From Octopus vulgaris (lineage: Eukaryota), in NCBI GenBank assembly GCA_951406725.2, contig OX597833.1:1116001-1180000 (forward strand): a stretch of 64,000 nt of DNA. Direction: 5' to 3'. How positions within the stretch are numbered: the stretch's first letter is position 1; each line of letters begins with the position of its first letter. Shown here one piece after another: positions 12,816-27,290 of this stretch. The position numbers and the translations under genes are program-made. The notes beneath the pieces were generated by a model. The model had not been told where the DNA came from. It did no database searches and saw nothing but the letters and a program-made list of their open reading frames with translations.

Positions 12816-13173
12816 TATATAATATTAATTAGAGACAAAACCACTATTATGCAAATCAAACAAAGAAAGACTTAATCCAATACATAAAAAAATTTATATA
12901 AATTAAATAAAATTAAGTTATCCACTACAATTGTTTCTTGTCACTTCTAAGGACATTCATCGGGTGGTTTTCAGACCTTCTATTCAATTTTAAATTTTAA
13001 ATTGAATAGAAGGTCTGAAAACCACCCGATGAATGTCCTTAGAAGTGACAAGAAACAATTGTAGTGGATAACTTAATTTTATTTAATTTATATAAATTTT
13101 TTTATGTATTGGATTAAGTCTTTCTTTGTTTGATTTGCATAATAGTGGTTTTGTCTCTAATTAATATTATATA
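12816..13173. mobile_element. Near-perfect ~358-bp palindromic element with two hammerheads (PLE-like inverted pLTRs)
   Basis: Arms of ~175 bp mirrored about 12994/12995; flanked by (TA)n. Confidence 0.85.
13022..13067 (+). ncRNA. Hammerhead ribozyme, CAATTG family (U4C core); mirror copy at 12922-12967 (-)
   Basis: ccac CCGATGA a tgtc-cttagaagt-gaca a GAAA caattg TA gtgg. Confidence 0.7.
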
Positions 13174-13496
13174 TGTATATATATATATGTAAATGTTTAT
13201 ATAGTGCATGAGTAGATGTTTGCAAGATAAACCATACTTTTTAAAATTCTTTTGAGTGTCCGTGTAGTCGCGAGAGGACACACACATGTCTATGTCACCA
13301 CCACTCAACCTTCAACCAGCAAAACATTTATGACGTGGAAGCTCCAGTGAAAAGTGCACGAGCACTAGCTAACTTAAGTTCAATCCTTCCCATGGAGCAC
13401 TGGCCGTCGACATCTTTACTCCGCTTGTCTTGGATCCGAGATGTCCTCTATGTTTCCTGCTTCGCTGCAGTTGCATCAAATGATATTGAATTTCAA

Positions 13497-14787
13497 GGCG
13501 GCGAACTGGCAGAACCGTTTGCGCGCCGGGCGAAATGCGTAGCGGTATTTCGTCTGCCGTTACGTTGTGAGTTCAAATTCCGCCGAGGTCGACTTTGCCT
13601 TTCATCCTTTCGGGGTCGATAAATTAAGTACCAGTTACGCACTGGGGTCGATGCAATCGACTAATACCTATGTCTGCCTTTGCTTGTCCCCTCTATGTTT
13701 AGCCCCTTGTGGGTAATAAAGAAATAGGTATTTCCTCTGCCGTTACGTTGTGAGTTCAAATTCCGCCGAGGTCGACTTTACCTTTCATCCTTTCGGGGTC
13801 GATAAATTAAGTACCAGTTACGCACTGGGGTCGATGCAATCGACTTAATACCTATGTCTGCCTTTGCTTGTCCCCTCTATGTTTAGCCCCTTGTGGGTAA
13901 TAAAGAAATAGGTATTTCCTCTGCCGTTACGTTGTGAGTTCAAATTCCGCCTAGGTCGACTTTACCTTTCATCCTTTCGGGGTCGATAAATTAAGTACCA
14001 GTTACGCACTGGGGTCGATGCAATCGACTTAATACCTATGTCTGCCTTTGCTTGTCCCCTCTATGTTTAGCCCCTTGTGGGTAATAAAGAAATAGGTATT
14101 TCCTCTGCCGTTACGTTGTGAGTTCAAATTCCGCCTAGGTCGACTTTACCTTTCATCCTTTCGGGGTCGATAAATTAAGTACCAGTTACGCACTGGGGTC
14201 GATGCAATCGACTTAATACCTATGTCTGCCTTTGCTTGTCCCCTCTATGTTTAGCCCCTTGTGGGTAATAAAGAAATAGGTATTTCCTCTGCCGTTACGT
14301 TGTGAGTTCAAATTCCGCCTAGGTCGACTTTACCTTTCATCCTTTCGGGGTCGATAAATTAAGTACCAGTTACGCACTGGGATCGATGCAATCGACTTAA
14401 TACCTATGTCTGCCTTTGCTTGTCCCCTCTATGTTTAGCCCCTTGTGGGTAATAAAGAAATAGGTATTTCCTCTGCCGTTACGTTGTGAGTTCAAATTCC
14501 GCCTAGGTTGACTTTACCTTTCATCCTTTCGGGGTCGATAAATTAAGTACCAGTTACGCACTGGGGTCGATGCAATCGACTTAATACCTATGTCTGCCTT
14601 TGGTATTTCGTCTGCCGTTACGTTGTGAGTTCAAATTCCGCCTAGGTCGACTTTACCTTTCATCCTTTCGGGGTCGATAAATTAAGTACCAGTTACGCAC
14701 TGGGGTCGATGCAATCGACTTAATACCTATGTCTGCCTTTGCTTGTCCCCTCTATGTTTAGCCCCTTGTGGGTAATAAAGAAATAGA
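13497..14787 (+). mobile_element. SINE family 2 (Meta-domain-like) with seven tandem body units
   Basis: One tRNA-like head, then units starting GGTATTTC at 13544, 13727, 13911, 14095, 14279, 14463 and 14602; contains GCCTTTCATCCTTTCGGGGTCGATAAATTAAGTACCAG. Confidence 0.9.
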
Positions 14788-15489
14788 TATTGAATTTCTG
14801 CATTTCAAATATTGCTGTGCAGTAACAAATGTCTTGCTGGTGGCAAATTCTGCCCTTCTCTGCTCTTGTTGGTTTTGGAATTCCATCGATGGTTCTGTAA
14901 GTTTTCTTTTTCCTAGGTAGACACGTTGGCCTTGTGCAAACCCATATTTACTACAGGGCATTGGTGGTTCATACTTGTCTGGCTTTTTTCCTTTGATATT
15001 TCCAGCATGGAAAGACCCCTTAAGGAGCTTGAATTCAACGGACATAGATCTAGTGGGGTCATTGAGACACATAAATAACCACATAGCAACGAGAACTGAG
15101 TTTTCTGGTGGATACCAGCGCAAGGCCTTAATTCATCACCAGCAAACTTTGAGTGGAGCGTTGTAGCAAATCGAAATGAAATGCTGTTATCAAGGAAATA
15201 ACTCAGCAGTGAGTCCAGAGATTCAACTCCGCACATTTCATTCGTGCGTCGAATACTCTAACAACTAAATCAGGCGCCTTCAAGAGATGACAAAATATTA
15301 TCTGCAACGATTGTTGCAACGGGGATTGATTGAAATGTTTCACATTTACTTAATGTGTCTAGTTAATGCGCTTGACGATAATAAATGAGATTTACACTCG
15401 CCTGCATATACATACATTTACAAACACATTTGTATGCATACATATATTTCGTATATGTATATAGACATATTAATTTGAACACACACATG

Positions 15490-15900
15490 TACAGGGTGCG
15501 TCAGGTTTTCGAGGTCGTTTGTTTTCATTTTGAAAAGACGCAGCTATCATAAAAGAAAATGTATTTTTAAACAAATTGATGCAAACAACCTTGAGAATCC
15601 TTTTATCGCACAAATGTGATAAATCCACGATTAGTATAAATCACTGCTTGAATACAGAATCGGAAGTGTTGACATGTTCGAATGAGATGTTCTTTATCAA
15701 TTCTGAATATAGTGCTGGTTATGTAAGACTTGAGAGATTGTATGGTGTTGATTGATTTCTGTCTCGACTTCACTCCATATGGAATACTCCAATGGATTGA
15801 AGACTGGTCAAATGGAAGACCATGTGTCTGGGAGAAGAGGGGGATGGCACGTATCCACGCTTGGTTTGTCCTAGCCTTATGAGTCGGTTAAGAATTTTAT
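15490..15900 (-). mobile_element. Tc1/mariner transposase remnant
   Basis: TA-CAGGGTG terminus; translation SPDTWSSI*PVFNPLEYSIWSEVE, a degenerate WPxxSPDLNPLDYxIW motif. Confidence 0.65.
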
Positions 15901-16244
15901 TGGAAGATGTTTTTTTTTTTATTGACGGCGAAGGGCTGCGTCTGCGAAGTAGATTTTGAAAAAAAAAAGGATATATAAACGGGAGGCATATAGTTTCATT
16001 GCCTCGTTGTTCATATATTTAACCCAAGGTGTACCTGTTGAGGACGATTTCACCCCGTGAGCAAATATTAATTGCTTGCTAAACTAAAATCAGAAACCGA
16101 TTGGTCAAGGAAACTTGATGGTAAAATGTTTTTTCATTTCGTTCCTGTCGAATTTTATCCCTAAGTTTTGTGGTTATAGAACCTAGCTATTCTTTCTAGC
16201 GTGTTGAATTCCACGAGAGATTCCTTATGTGTTTAAATGTGCAC

Positions 16245-16316
<72 letters not shown>

Positions 16317-16447
16317 TAAATATATATATTTATATGTATATATATATGTATTTACATGTATATATATATGTATAAGTATATGTATATATATATATACATA
16401 TATATATATGCATGTATGTATGTATATGTATATGCAGATATATTATG

Positions 16448-16506
<59 letters not shown>

Positions 16507-17044
16507 CTGTGTGTGTGTGTGCGTGTAAGGAAAAGCGCGAAAGAAACTCCAAATCTAACTATTAGTGGCACAATGAAGGTATGTAAGACATTTCTAATAT
16601 TCTGCATCTGAGATTTTTATGTGAATAGACGCACACACTCGGGTGTATACATCGGCAGTTCTCCCTAACACACCAACTCAACTCCATATTTACAAACACC
16701 AGGGATTCTCTTAACTCAAAGAATCTTGTTGCTTTGGAAGCAGCTGGCTTGAACTCTCTCAGGAGGAACTTAAATTTAATTCAAACAGAAACCATGCTTA
16801 CATACATATATATGCACACGAGCATAAAATACTGGCGATATCTAGCCAATGTTCTATTTTCTATTTTTAAAGTGTTTCTTCACATATAAATCTTCTTTAA
16901 ATAAATTCCGACCAAAACTCAGACAGTTTGATTTTTCCAGAACATAAAACATCCAACACCGTCAGGTTTGTTTACGTAATATTTTCAGGGGGAGAAAAAC
17001 GGTTTCTGCCAAAACCAGTTATGTAATTAATTGTCGCCGCATTT

Positions 17045-17292
17045 CATCATCATCATCATCATCATCACCATTATGATCATCATCATCATCATCGTCACCA
17101 TCATCATCATCATCATCATCACCGTTATCATTATCAACGTCATCAGCTTCATCCTCCTCCTACTCATCATCATCGTCGTCATCATTATCATCATCAACAT
17201 CACCATTGTTGTCATCATCATCATTTCCCCTGTGAATAATCATAATTTTCTGGATTCAAATAGAAAATTATTATTATTATTATTATTATCAT

Positions 17293-17350
<58 letters not shown>

Positions 17351-17560
17351 GGTGAAGGTGCTGGTGGTGGTGGTGGTGGTGGTGGTGATGGTGGTGGTGG
17401 TAGTGGCGGCGGCGGCGGTGGTGGTGGTGGTAGTAATAGTAGTAGTAGTAGTGGTGGTGGTGATGGTTGTGGTAGTAATAGTAGTGGTGGTGCTGGTGGT
17501 GCTGGTAGTGGTGCTGGTGGTGCTGGTAGTGGTGCTGGTGGTGCTGGTAGTGGTGCTGGT
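17045..17560. repeat. Compound trinucleotide repeats (CAT, TTA, TAG, TGG)
   Basis: Direct reading. Confidence 0.95.
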
Positions 17561-18245
17561 GATTTCTCATTTAGTATGTAATGACACAATGTGTTCTCGT
17601 TTATAGATTATATTAATGCAAAGAAGGATGCGTGTATGTACGTACGTATGTATGTGTATGTGAGTAAAGGATAAAGCTTCTTCCCTGGGCGCATAGACAC
17701 ATTCAGACCGGTTTCCCCATTTCTGAAGAGCATATGATCCGCTTCAATGGACTGAAGATCGGTTCGTCACAGCGTTACTCATTCCTGACCACTGAGGAGA
17801 CTGGAGCAACGCGAAGTGTATTGTTTGTCTCAAGAGCACAACACACCGCCCGGTCCAGAAACCGAAACCACGATCTCACATTTATGAGTGTAATACCCTA
17901 GCCACTAAACCATGTGCTTCTATTATATGTGTACATGCATATATGCGTGAGTGTGTGCGCGTGTGCGTGTGTGTGTGGGTGTGTAAACATATATGTCCAC
18001 ACTGCATAAATGTATGCACTCACAAACGCCTAAAACCCTTGAAGGCAGTTACCCAGCATGGCCACAATCCAATGATTGTAACACTCAAAGCGCATGCGTG
18101 CGTGTACGCACGCGTGCATGTGTTCGTGTGTATGTGTGAGAGAGTGATAGAGATAGAGAGAGATAGAGATAGAGAGAGACAGAGATACAGAGAGGGAGTT
18201 TTGTGTGATATTTAAAACACAACCATGTTCTATTTTAAATTTTTC

Positions 18246-18335
18246 TGTCTCCTCGCGACTACACGGACACTCAAAAGAATTTTTAAAAGTATGGTTTATC
18301 TTGCAAAGATCTACTCATGCACTATATAAACATTT

Positions 18336-18369
<34 letters not shown>

Positions 18370-18432
18370 ACACCTTTAGTTTTGAAAGTCCTTAATTCTT
18401 AAAAAAAAATTTGAAACTCGAGAAGCAGCTAT
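18246..18432. mobile_element. Short dispersed element with internal (TA)n and a 28-bp flanking direct repeat
   Basis: Halves match 13189-13277 and 12248-12308 in inverse orientation; flanks 18218-18245 and 18433-18460 differ at 2 of 28 positions. Confidence 0.7.
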
Positions 18433-18875
18433 CACAACCATATTCTATTTAAAATTTTTCATATTACAGTATTTTTCTATTTATAGTATGTTTAGAAGAA
18501 CAATCTTCCAAACATTTTAACGTTCTTATCAAGTATCCAGAATGTCTCAGCCCAATCTTCAGGATATAGACAAGATTTTCCTTCTGTATTTCTCTCCTTT
18601 ATTTTGGGTGCTTTATGTTTATTATAGGAAAGCGAACCCTTGAAATGCTTCTCAAGGAGTTTCAGCGTGACATAGAAAGTGACACGACTAGCTCTTTTCA
18701 ATTGCAGGTACAATTCACTTTTGTCAACTGAATGGGCTGAAGCAACATGAAATAAAGTCTCTTGCTCCAGGACACAAGGTGCCGCTGTGATTGGAACTCA
18801 CGACCTTGCGATCGTGAGCCGAATACCCTGACCCCTCAACTACGCAGCTTTTTGCATATGTATGTGTGTATGCGT

Positions 18876-19256
18876 GGAAGCACTCCGTCGGTTACGACGA
18901 CGAGGGTTCCGGTTGATCCGAATCAACGGAACAGCCTGCTCGTGAAATTAACGTGTAAGTGGCTGAGCACTCCACAGACACGTGTACCCTTAACGTAGTT
19001 CTCGGGGATATTCAGCGTGACACAGAGAGTGACAAGGCCGGCCCTTTGAAATACAGGTACAACAGAAACAGGAAGAAAGAGTGAGAGAAAGTTGTGGTGA
19101 AAGAGTACAGCAGGGATCACCACCATCCCCTGTCGGAGCCTCGTGGAGCTTTAGGTGTTTTCGCTCAATAAACACTCACAACGCCCGGTCTGGGAATCGA
19201 AACTGCGATCCTATGACCACGATTCCGCTGCCCTAACCACTGGGCCATTGCGCTTC
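18876..19256 (-). mobile_element. tRNA-derived SINE family 4
   Basis: Head GGAAGCGCAATGGCCCAGTGGTTAGGG...TTCGATTCCC; tail shared with the diverged copy at 11525-11826. Confidence 0.75.
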
Positions 19257-19406
19257 CTAATGTGTGTATGCATGCGTGTGTTTGTAGAGGGAGAGAAAAC
19301 GAGGGTGATAGAGAAGAGGATGAAAATAGTAAGGAAGAGTAAGTCAAACTGATTCCTATTGATATACGGAGATAATAAATGAAGTACATATGTATACATA
19401 AAAAGT

Positions 19407-19730
19407 GTAAAGACCTCCTTCGGTCATGAATGACCACGGGATCGCTACTAGAATGTTACTCTCCGATGCACAACTCCAGGCAAGGTTTTTTTATGGAAGA
19501 CCAGCAGTCGCCCATGCATACCAGGCTCCCATCTCCACGCTACTGATGTTATCTAGGGGAAAGGCAAAGGGGCTGATACAGCTTGACACCAGTGACGTCA
19601 CAAATCATTTCTACAAATGAGTGAACTGGAAGCAACGTGAAGTAAAGTGTCTTGCTCAAGAACACAACACACGACCTCACTATCTCGTGACTGTGTGATC
19701 GACGCTCTAACCACAGGCCCATGCGTCTTC
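19407..19730 (-). mobile_element. SINE family 3, diverged copy
   Basis: Reverse-complement similarity to 5320-5657. Confidence 0.75.
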
Positions 19731-19731
19731 A

Positions 19732-19767
<36 letters not shown>

Positions 19768-21024
19768 CAAAAGTGTGAATGTATATATAAATACATTCAC
19801 ACATACACCTACAAAACAATGTGTGAATATATATACATATATTCACGCATACACCTACAAAACAATGTGTGAATATATATACATATATTCACACATACAC
19901 ACCTATGCATGTATGTATGTAAAGTTGCAACCTTATGTATTTATGCTCGGGTTAAATATTTGACGAACGAACTGTAAAATCATGGCGAGTAGACCGAAAA
20001 TTAGTGGTCAGGATTTTTCATCAGGATTAAATAGAAGAAAAAATACTAGCATAAATTCTATTTTCCATATAAAACTAATCAAAATTCAAATTATACAATT
20101 ATGCCCATATTTTAATTCTTCTTGAACAATCAAACTACTGAAAAAAATCGAATTCCTGTTGCATCACTCGAACACGCCTGGACGCCGCCAGCAGTTGAAA
20201 CCGTAACTCCTTTTATCTTGTTAATAAACGAAGTTGAATTCTCGCAAACCTTTTATGTTTGTTTGAAAATTCGCGAAAAGTAACTGCATTTGATTAAATC
20301 CACAGAAATAAGCTGAAAAAATTAGTGTAAAGGAGTGTTCAAAAGTATGAGTGTACGAGAGCGTTCAAAATGACGAATGATACAGTCGCTGCTGTTATTT
20401 CATTTCCGATTTACTTTAAGATTTTAAAAAATGCTTGCTCACTTGGGGGAAGCACTCCACTTTAATCTAGTCAACCGAACTGTTCATATTTATTCATGAG
20501 GGTTCTATGTTTATTCATATTTTGAATGTAATAATCAATACTCTATACGTGATCATCTTGCAGTTTTATAATTCTTTTAATTATACTGACAACAGGAGTT
20601 GTCAATAATTTTGGCTGAGGGTACGGTGGGCTTGCAGAAACGGTGTCGGTGTACTAATTAAGAAATAAAAATATATTGAAATATTTGCTTACGTCTGTTT
20701 AATTCGTGAGTTCAAATTCTATTAAAATGGTGTTTGTTTTTCAAATATTCTTGTTTGATCAAATAAGCACCACTGTAGAAGAATCTGCCTTAATTTAATC
20801 ACCTGCACAACTATTCTGTTTTAAATTCTGTTAAGAATTATTAACGGATATCATGTTCTGAAACCAATATTGTTACATTCACATTACGGAAGAGTCCCTC
20901 TATCAAAGACTTTAAGCATCCTTACCGTTTATTGCTTATCTACATCTTCGCTGCTCTTTTCCCAAAATACTTTTCTCAACACTATTGCTGTGGCCTTCTC
21001 AATGACTACAATACTCCTTTTTTC

Positions 21025-21234
21025 TATTTTACTTGTTTCAGTCATTTGACTGCGGCCATGCTGGAGCACCGCCTTTAGTCGAGCAAATCGACCCCGGGAC
21101 TTATTCTTTTTGTAAGCCCAGTACTTATTCTATCGGTCTCTTTTGCCGAACCGCTAAGTGACGGGGACGTAAACACACCAGCATCGGTTGTCAAGCAATG
21201 CTAGGGGGACAAACACAGACACACAAACACACAC

Positions 21235-21287
<53 letters not shown>

Positions 21288-21675
21288 GACAGGCTTCTTT
21301 CAGTTTCCGTCTACCAAATCCACTCACAAGGCATTGGTCGGCCCGGGGCTATAGCAGAAGACACTTGCCCAAGATGCCGCGCAGTGGGACTGAACCTGGA
21401 AAGAGGCCTGTCGTATATATGTGTTTTTATATATATATATATATGTATGTATGTGTGTGTGTTTGTGTGTCTGTGTTTGTACCCCTAGCATTGCTTGACA
21501 ACCGATGCTGGTGTGTTTACGTCCCCGTCACTTAGCGGTTCGGCAAAAGAGACCGATAGAATAAGTACTGGGCTTACAAAGAATAAGTCCCGGGGTCGAT
21601 TTGCTCGACTAAAGGCGGTGCTCCAGCATGGCCACAGTCAAGTGACTGAAACAAATAAAAGAGTAGAAGAGAGTA
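21025..21675. mobile_element. Two SINE family 1 copies in adjacent inverted orientation
   Basis: Minus copy 21025-21398 abuts plus copy 21408-21675; both 5'-truncated. Confidence 0.9.
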
Positions 21676-22461
21676 AGAGTATCCTCGCCAAAGATTTTTT
21701 TTAACTAAAATGCAAAATATATATTTTTTACCGAAAATCTGTTAACCTAAAATTCAAAATAAACATAAAGGAATGAATAAAAACAATGTCATACCTCGTT
21801 ATCAGCTTACGCTCTTAGTGTAGAGTTGTAACGAAACAGAGACAAAATCATTCAAAAGTTCCTGGCCATTAAGAAGGCCATGGAATTTATGAAGTAGCGG
21901 TTTGGAACAGGAAGACGAAAATATAGACAAACAACAACCTGTCTGTGCATTTATAGTATTTGATGTTTTCCCTCAAATATACCACCTGCACCACAGCCCA
22001 CAGTATTGGAAACAGTAAGCTAACGTAGGGCACGGGTGGATGGTTAAAAAGTTTACTCCGCAACCATGGGGTTCCCGTTTCATTCCCACTATTCGGCACT
22101 TTGCTCCAATGATTTCTAATATTTTGAATATTTATTCAAAGCAATCACCTGAATTAATACATTTTACACCTTTGATGAATGGAAGTGATTACAAAATATG
22201 TTAATTATATCATCTCACCAATGGACTACGGGTGTAACAATGTAGTATGCGATAAAGAATGCCGTTCGATCCCTTCTCTTTTATTAATTTCTTTGTATTA
22301 AGTCCACAGATACGACGGAATTTTTTATGTATATTCATTAACAAGAGTATTCCAACTGTATGATGACATTAGGTAGCCAATAAATGTGGACGAGCTTTGT
22401 ATAGCGTGCTACAGCAGTTTTGCCCAACATTTTTCACATACACACACATATACACACATAC

Positions 22462-22545
<84 letters not shown>

Positions 22546-23019
22546 GTATAAATTGTAACATCGTAACCTGCTGGAAGATAGAGATTCTGGAAATTATATT
22601 TTTCGATTCTGCTTTGACATGAGGCCTTTATTTATATATTTTAGTGTTTTATTCAGATCTGGACACTGTCCAGTTCTAAACAAAATCGCAATTGCGTGAT
22701 TTTAGTGAAAGCGTTTTGAATAATTTGGCAAAATGGTCAGGTTGCTTTGTCATGTTGGTATACTGCCAGTCTTGAATCACGAAAAATTCTACACAATGAC
22801 GACGAAGTTATGTGTGAGCAAATAACATGCGTGTGATACAATATGGCGGCAGAAATATTGGCCGAGTCCCAAACACCGACGTTTTGCCAAGGAACTAAAT
22901 CCGAATCACTATGTTCAGAGGGAAAGCAAGTGTAAAAAATAAAAGAAAATGTTGTCAGGGGTTGCTACGTCAGCAAGTACTTAGTCATGCAAGTGGTAGG
23001 CATATTGAAAATTTGGTTC

Positions 23020-24026
23020 TTATTTCTTTTTTGCCCACAAGGGGCTAAACATAGAGGGGACAAACAAGGACAGACAAAGGGATTAACTCGATCACATCAA
23101 CCCCAGTGCGTAACTGGTACTTAATTTATCGACCTCGAAAGGATGAAAGGCAAAGTTGACCTCAGCGGAATTTGAACTCAGAACGTAACGGCAGACGAAA
23201 TACGGCTACACATTTCGCCCGGCGAAAAAAATAATAAAAGGAACCCATTACTGGAATCCCTTTATCTTTTATCATTTGCTTGTTTATTCATTGGACTGTG
23301 GCCATGCTACAGTACCTATTTCTTTACTACCCGCAAGGGGCTAAACAAAGAGGGGACAAACAAGGACAGACAAATGGATTAAGTCAATTACATCGACCCC
23401 AGTGTGTAACTGGTACTTAATTTATCGACCTCGAAAGGATGAAAGGCAAAGTTGACCTCAGCGGAATTTGAACTCAGAACGTAACGGCAGACGAAATACG
23501 GCTACACATTTCGCCCGGCGAAAAAAATAATAAAAGGAACCCATTACTGGAATCCCTTTATCTTTTATCATTTGCTTGTTTATTCATTGGACTGCGGCCA
23601 TGCAACAGTACCTATTTCTTTACTACCCGCAAGGGGCTAAACAAAGAGGGGACAAACAAGGACAGACAAATGGATTAAGTCAATTACATCGACCCCAGTG
23701 TGTGACTGGTACTTAATTTATCGACCTCGAAAGGATGAAAGGCAAAGTTGACCTCGGCGGAATTTGAACTCAGAACGTAGCGGCAGACGAAATACCTATT
23801 TCTTTACTACCCACAACGGGCTAAACATTGAGGGGACAAACAAGGACAGACAAACGGATTAAGTCGACTACAATGGCCCCAGTACGTAAATGGTACTTAT
23901 TTAACCGACCTCGAAAGGATGACAGGCAAAGTTGACCTCGACGGAATTTGAACTCAGAACGTAGCGGCAGACGAAATACCGCTAAGCATTTCGCCCGGCG
24001 TGCTAACGTTTCTGCCAGCTCGCCGC
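23020..24026 (-). mobile_element. SINE family 2 multimer with a local ~296-bp tandem duplication
   Basis: Head ends at about 24026; dimer junction gaaatacctatttc at about 23790; the spacer ggaacccattactggaatccc occurs twice. Confidence 0.85.
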
Positions 24027-24180
24027 CTGGACTGATTGGAGAAAAAATAGACCCCAGCGCAGATTTTTAATTTCTTACAAACCTAGTTGTTATAAACGAC
24101 ATACATAGGAATGTCATTAACGATTTTGTCTTTAGCGGCTTTTCTTTGAGAGAGGATTAGAGGTATATAAACATCGTTTG

Positions 24181-24366
24181 TACGCGGTCGTGCTGGAAAG
24201 TTCCTGGCTGTAAGCGTATTATTAAAGCCCTGGCTTAGAAAAACTAAGAGGCCGCTGCAATAAGTGTGTGAATTTGAGAGGGGAATATGTTGAATAAAAT
24301 CATCATTAACTGATCCTCCTGTATTTTCTTTTACCCAAAGCCAGGAACTTCTCGACCCCTACCGTA
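24181..24366 (+). mobile_element. Internally deleted mariner element
   Basis: TA flanks, TIR core aagttcctggct/agccaggaactt, retains the transposase C-terminus RCNKCVNLRGEYVE*. Confidence 0.75.
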
Positions 24367-24915
24367 CTTACGCCATTGGGTTTCGTTTACCAAATCCAAC
24401 GACTTCAACAATCCGCTGTCAGTGCTGACACAATATTTGTAGGGACATAGAGGGACTGGTTCACTCGGTGGAAATATCTCTTGTGTGCCGTCATTGCTCA
24501 AAAGGAAGGTTCACCGACAAGGCCCGAGTTAGATTTTCATTTCAGATGTGCGCAATACCCTTTTATTGTCTTAAGCTTTAGGAGAGGAACGAAGGGGAAA
24601 GGGAGGGAAAGGAGAGAGAAGGAGGAGGAGCAGATGTAGAGAGGAGAAAGGCAACAGGGGAATAGGAGAGGAGGAGGTCGGGGGGGGGAGAAGAAGAGTA
24701 GGAGGAGGGCAGGAGAGCAGGCGGAGAGTAAGAGGAGGGCAGAAGGAGGACAGGAGGACAGGAGGATAGTAAGAGTCGATGATGGAGTAGTAGTAGTAGT
24801 AGTAGTAGTACTAGCAGTAATAGTTGTATTAGTAGTAGTTACTAATAGAAACATAATTAATGGTAGCACTGAGAATAGTGGCAGTAGCAGCAGTAGTAGT
24901 ACTATTACCAGTAGC

Positions 24916-24955
<40 letters not shown>

Positions 24956-25058
24956 TCTGCAGAGGCAGCAGCAGCAGTAGTAGTAGTAGTAGTAGCAGTA
25001 GTAGTAGTAGTAGTAGTAGTGGTAGCAGCCAGCAGTAGTAGTAGTTGTAGTAGTAGTT

Positions 25059-25102
<44 letters not shown>

Positions 25103-25669
25103 TACATTGGTATTATCGTCCATATCTTCTGTTCTCTGATATTCCGTTCCAGTATAACTATGACAGCGACCGTTCCACCCGTGACCAGCACACCTTATGT
25201 ATACGCGTACCTGTCTATACAGAAGTCCTAAATTTTAAAAGAGCAGCGCGTGATTTTCGGAGGAGATTTTAACTGCCACTTCTAACAAGTCAAGCATCGA
25301 CAAGGAATTATTGCAGATTCCTAACGAACAAATAAAGACGACTATGACAAACTGCTGAGAAATATTATGCTGAAAATCCGGCGTTGTTGGAAAATTTGCA
25401 AGTATATTGGTTAAAAAGGCTGACCGCCTGTCAGGCGAGAATAATAAGATAATGAGATGAGATTCTATAAAACGGAGAAGCAGTGTTGGAATGGGTGGGT
25501 AATGCAGTGTGGAATTCTTCTGTGATACGGAGAAGACAAACAAAAGCGACACGGGTGAGAATTCTTCAATGCTAACATCATCTCTAGATAAACGTGAAAG
25601 CAACTGACAAATGTTAGAACTCGTGGTGTAGGTGTTACTGTTTGTGTTCCTGTGAGTGCATACGTTTGT

Positions 25670-26810
<1,141 letters not shown>

Positions 26811-26999
26811 ATGGCGAAGAAACGTGGCAGTAGAGAGAGAGAGAGAGGAGAAAGAACATAATACCGCAAGAACAGAAGAATACTGATTGATCCAATGAAG
26901 TTCGAATTTGCACTGCTAGGAACCAATTATCGATATCTAATTAATACATTAATATTCCAGAACTGCAGGATGCGATGTTACACTTCTCACAATGGAACA

Positions 27000-27290
27000 G
27001 TTTAATTATGGAAAGACCCAAGTCATGACTTTCCATTCTTAGATAATAGAAATCTGACAGGGGGGTAAAAATAGTAGATAGTATTAAGAAACTGGATTGT
27101 GCAACGTACAAGAGAAAATAACAAAGGAAAGCTTATATGCAATGATTATGGGGAGCCGAGTGGTTGGGGTAAGAAGATTAATGAGAAAATCTTTTCAGGG
27201 TGACAGCATGTCCCGTTTGTTGTATATGATGTATTCTGCCTGATTTCTTTGACACTGCTTCTGCTCAAAAGTGACACTAAAATAGGTGCA
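27000..27290 (+). mobile_element. Degenerate LINE reverse-transcriptase fragment
   Basis: tttcagggtgacagcatgtcccgtttgttg = FQGDSMSRLL, similar to the GIFQGDSLSPLLF motif. Confidence 0.55.

Noticed and set aside
13544-14787. Regular array superficially like CRISPR
   Set aside because: No unique spacers or cas genes; eukaryotic DNA; the units are SINE bodies.
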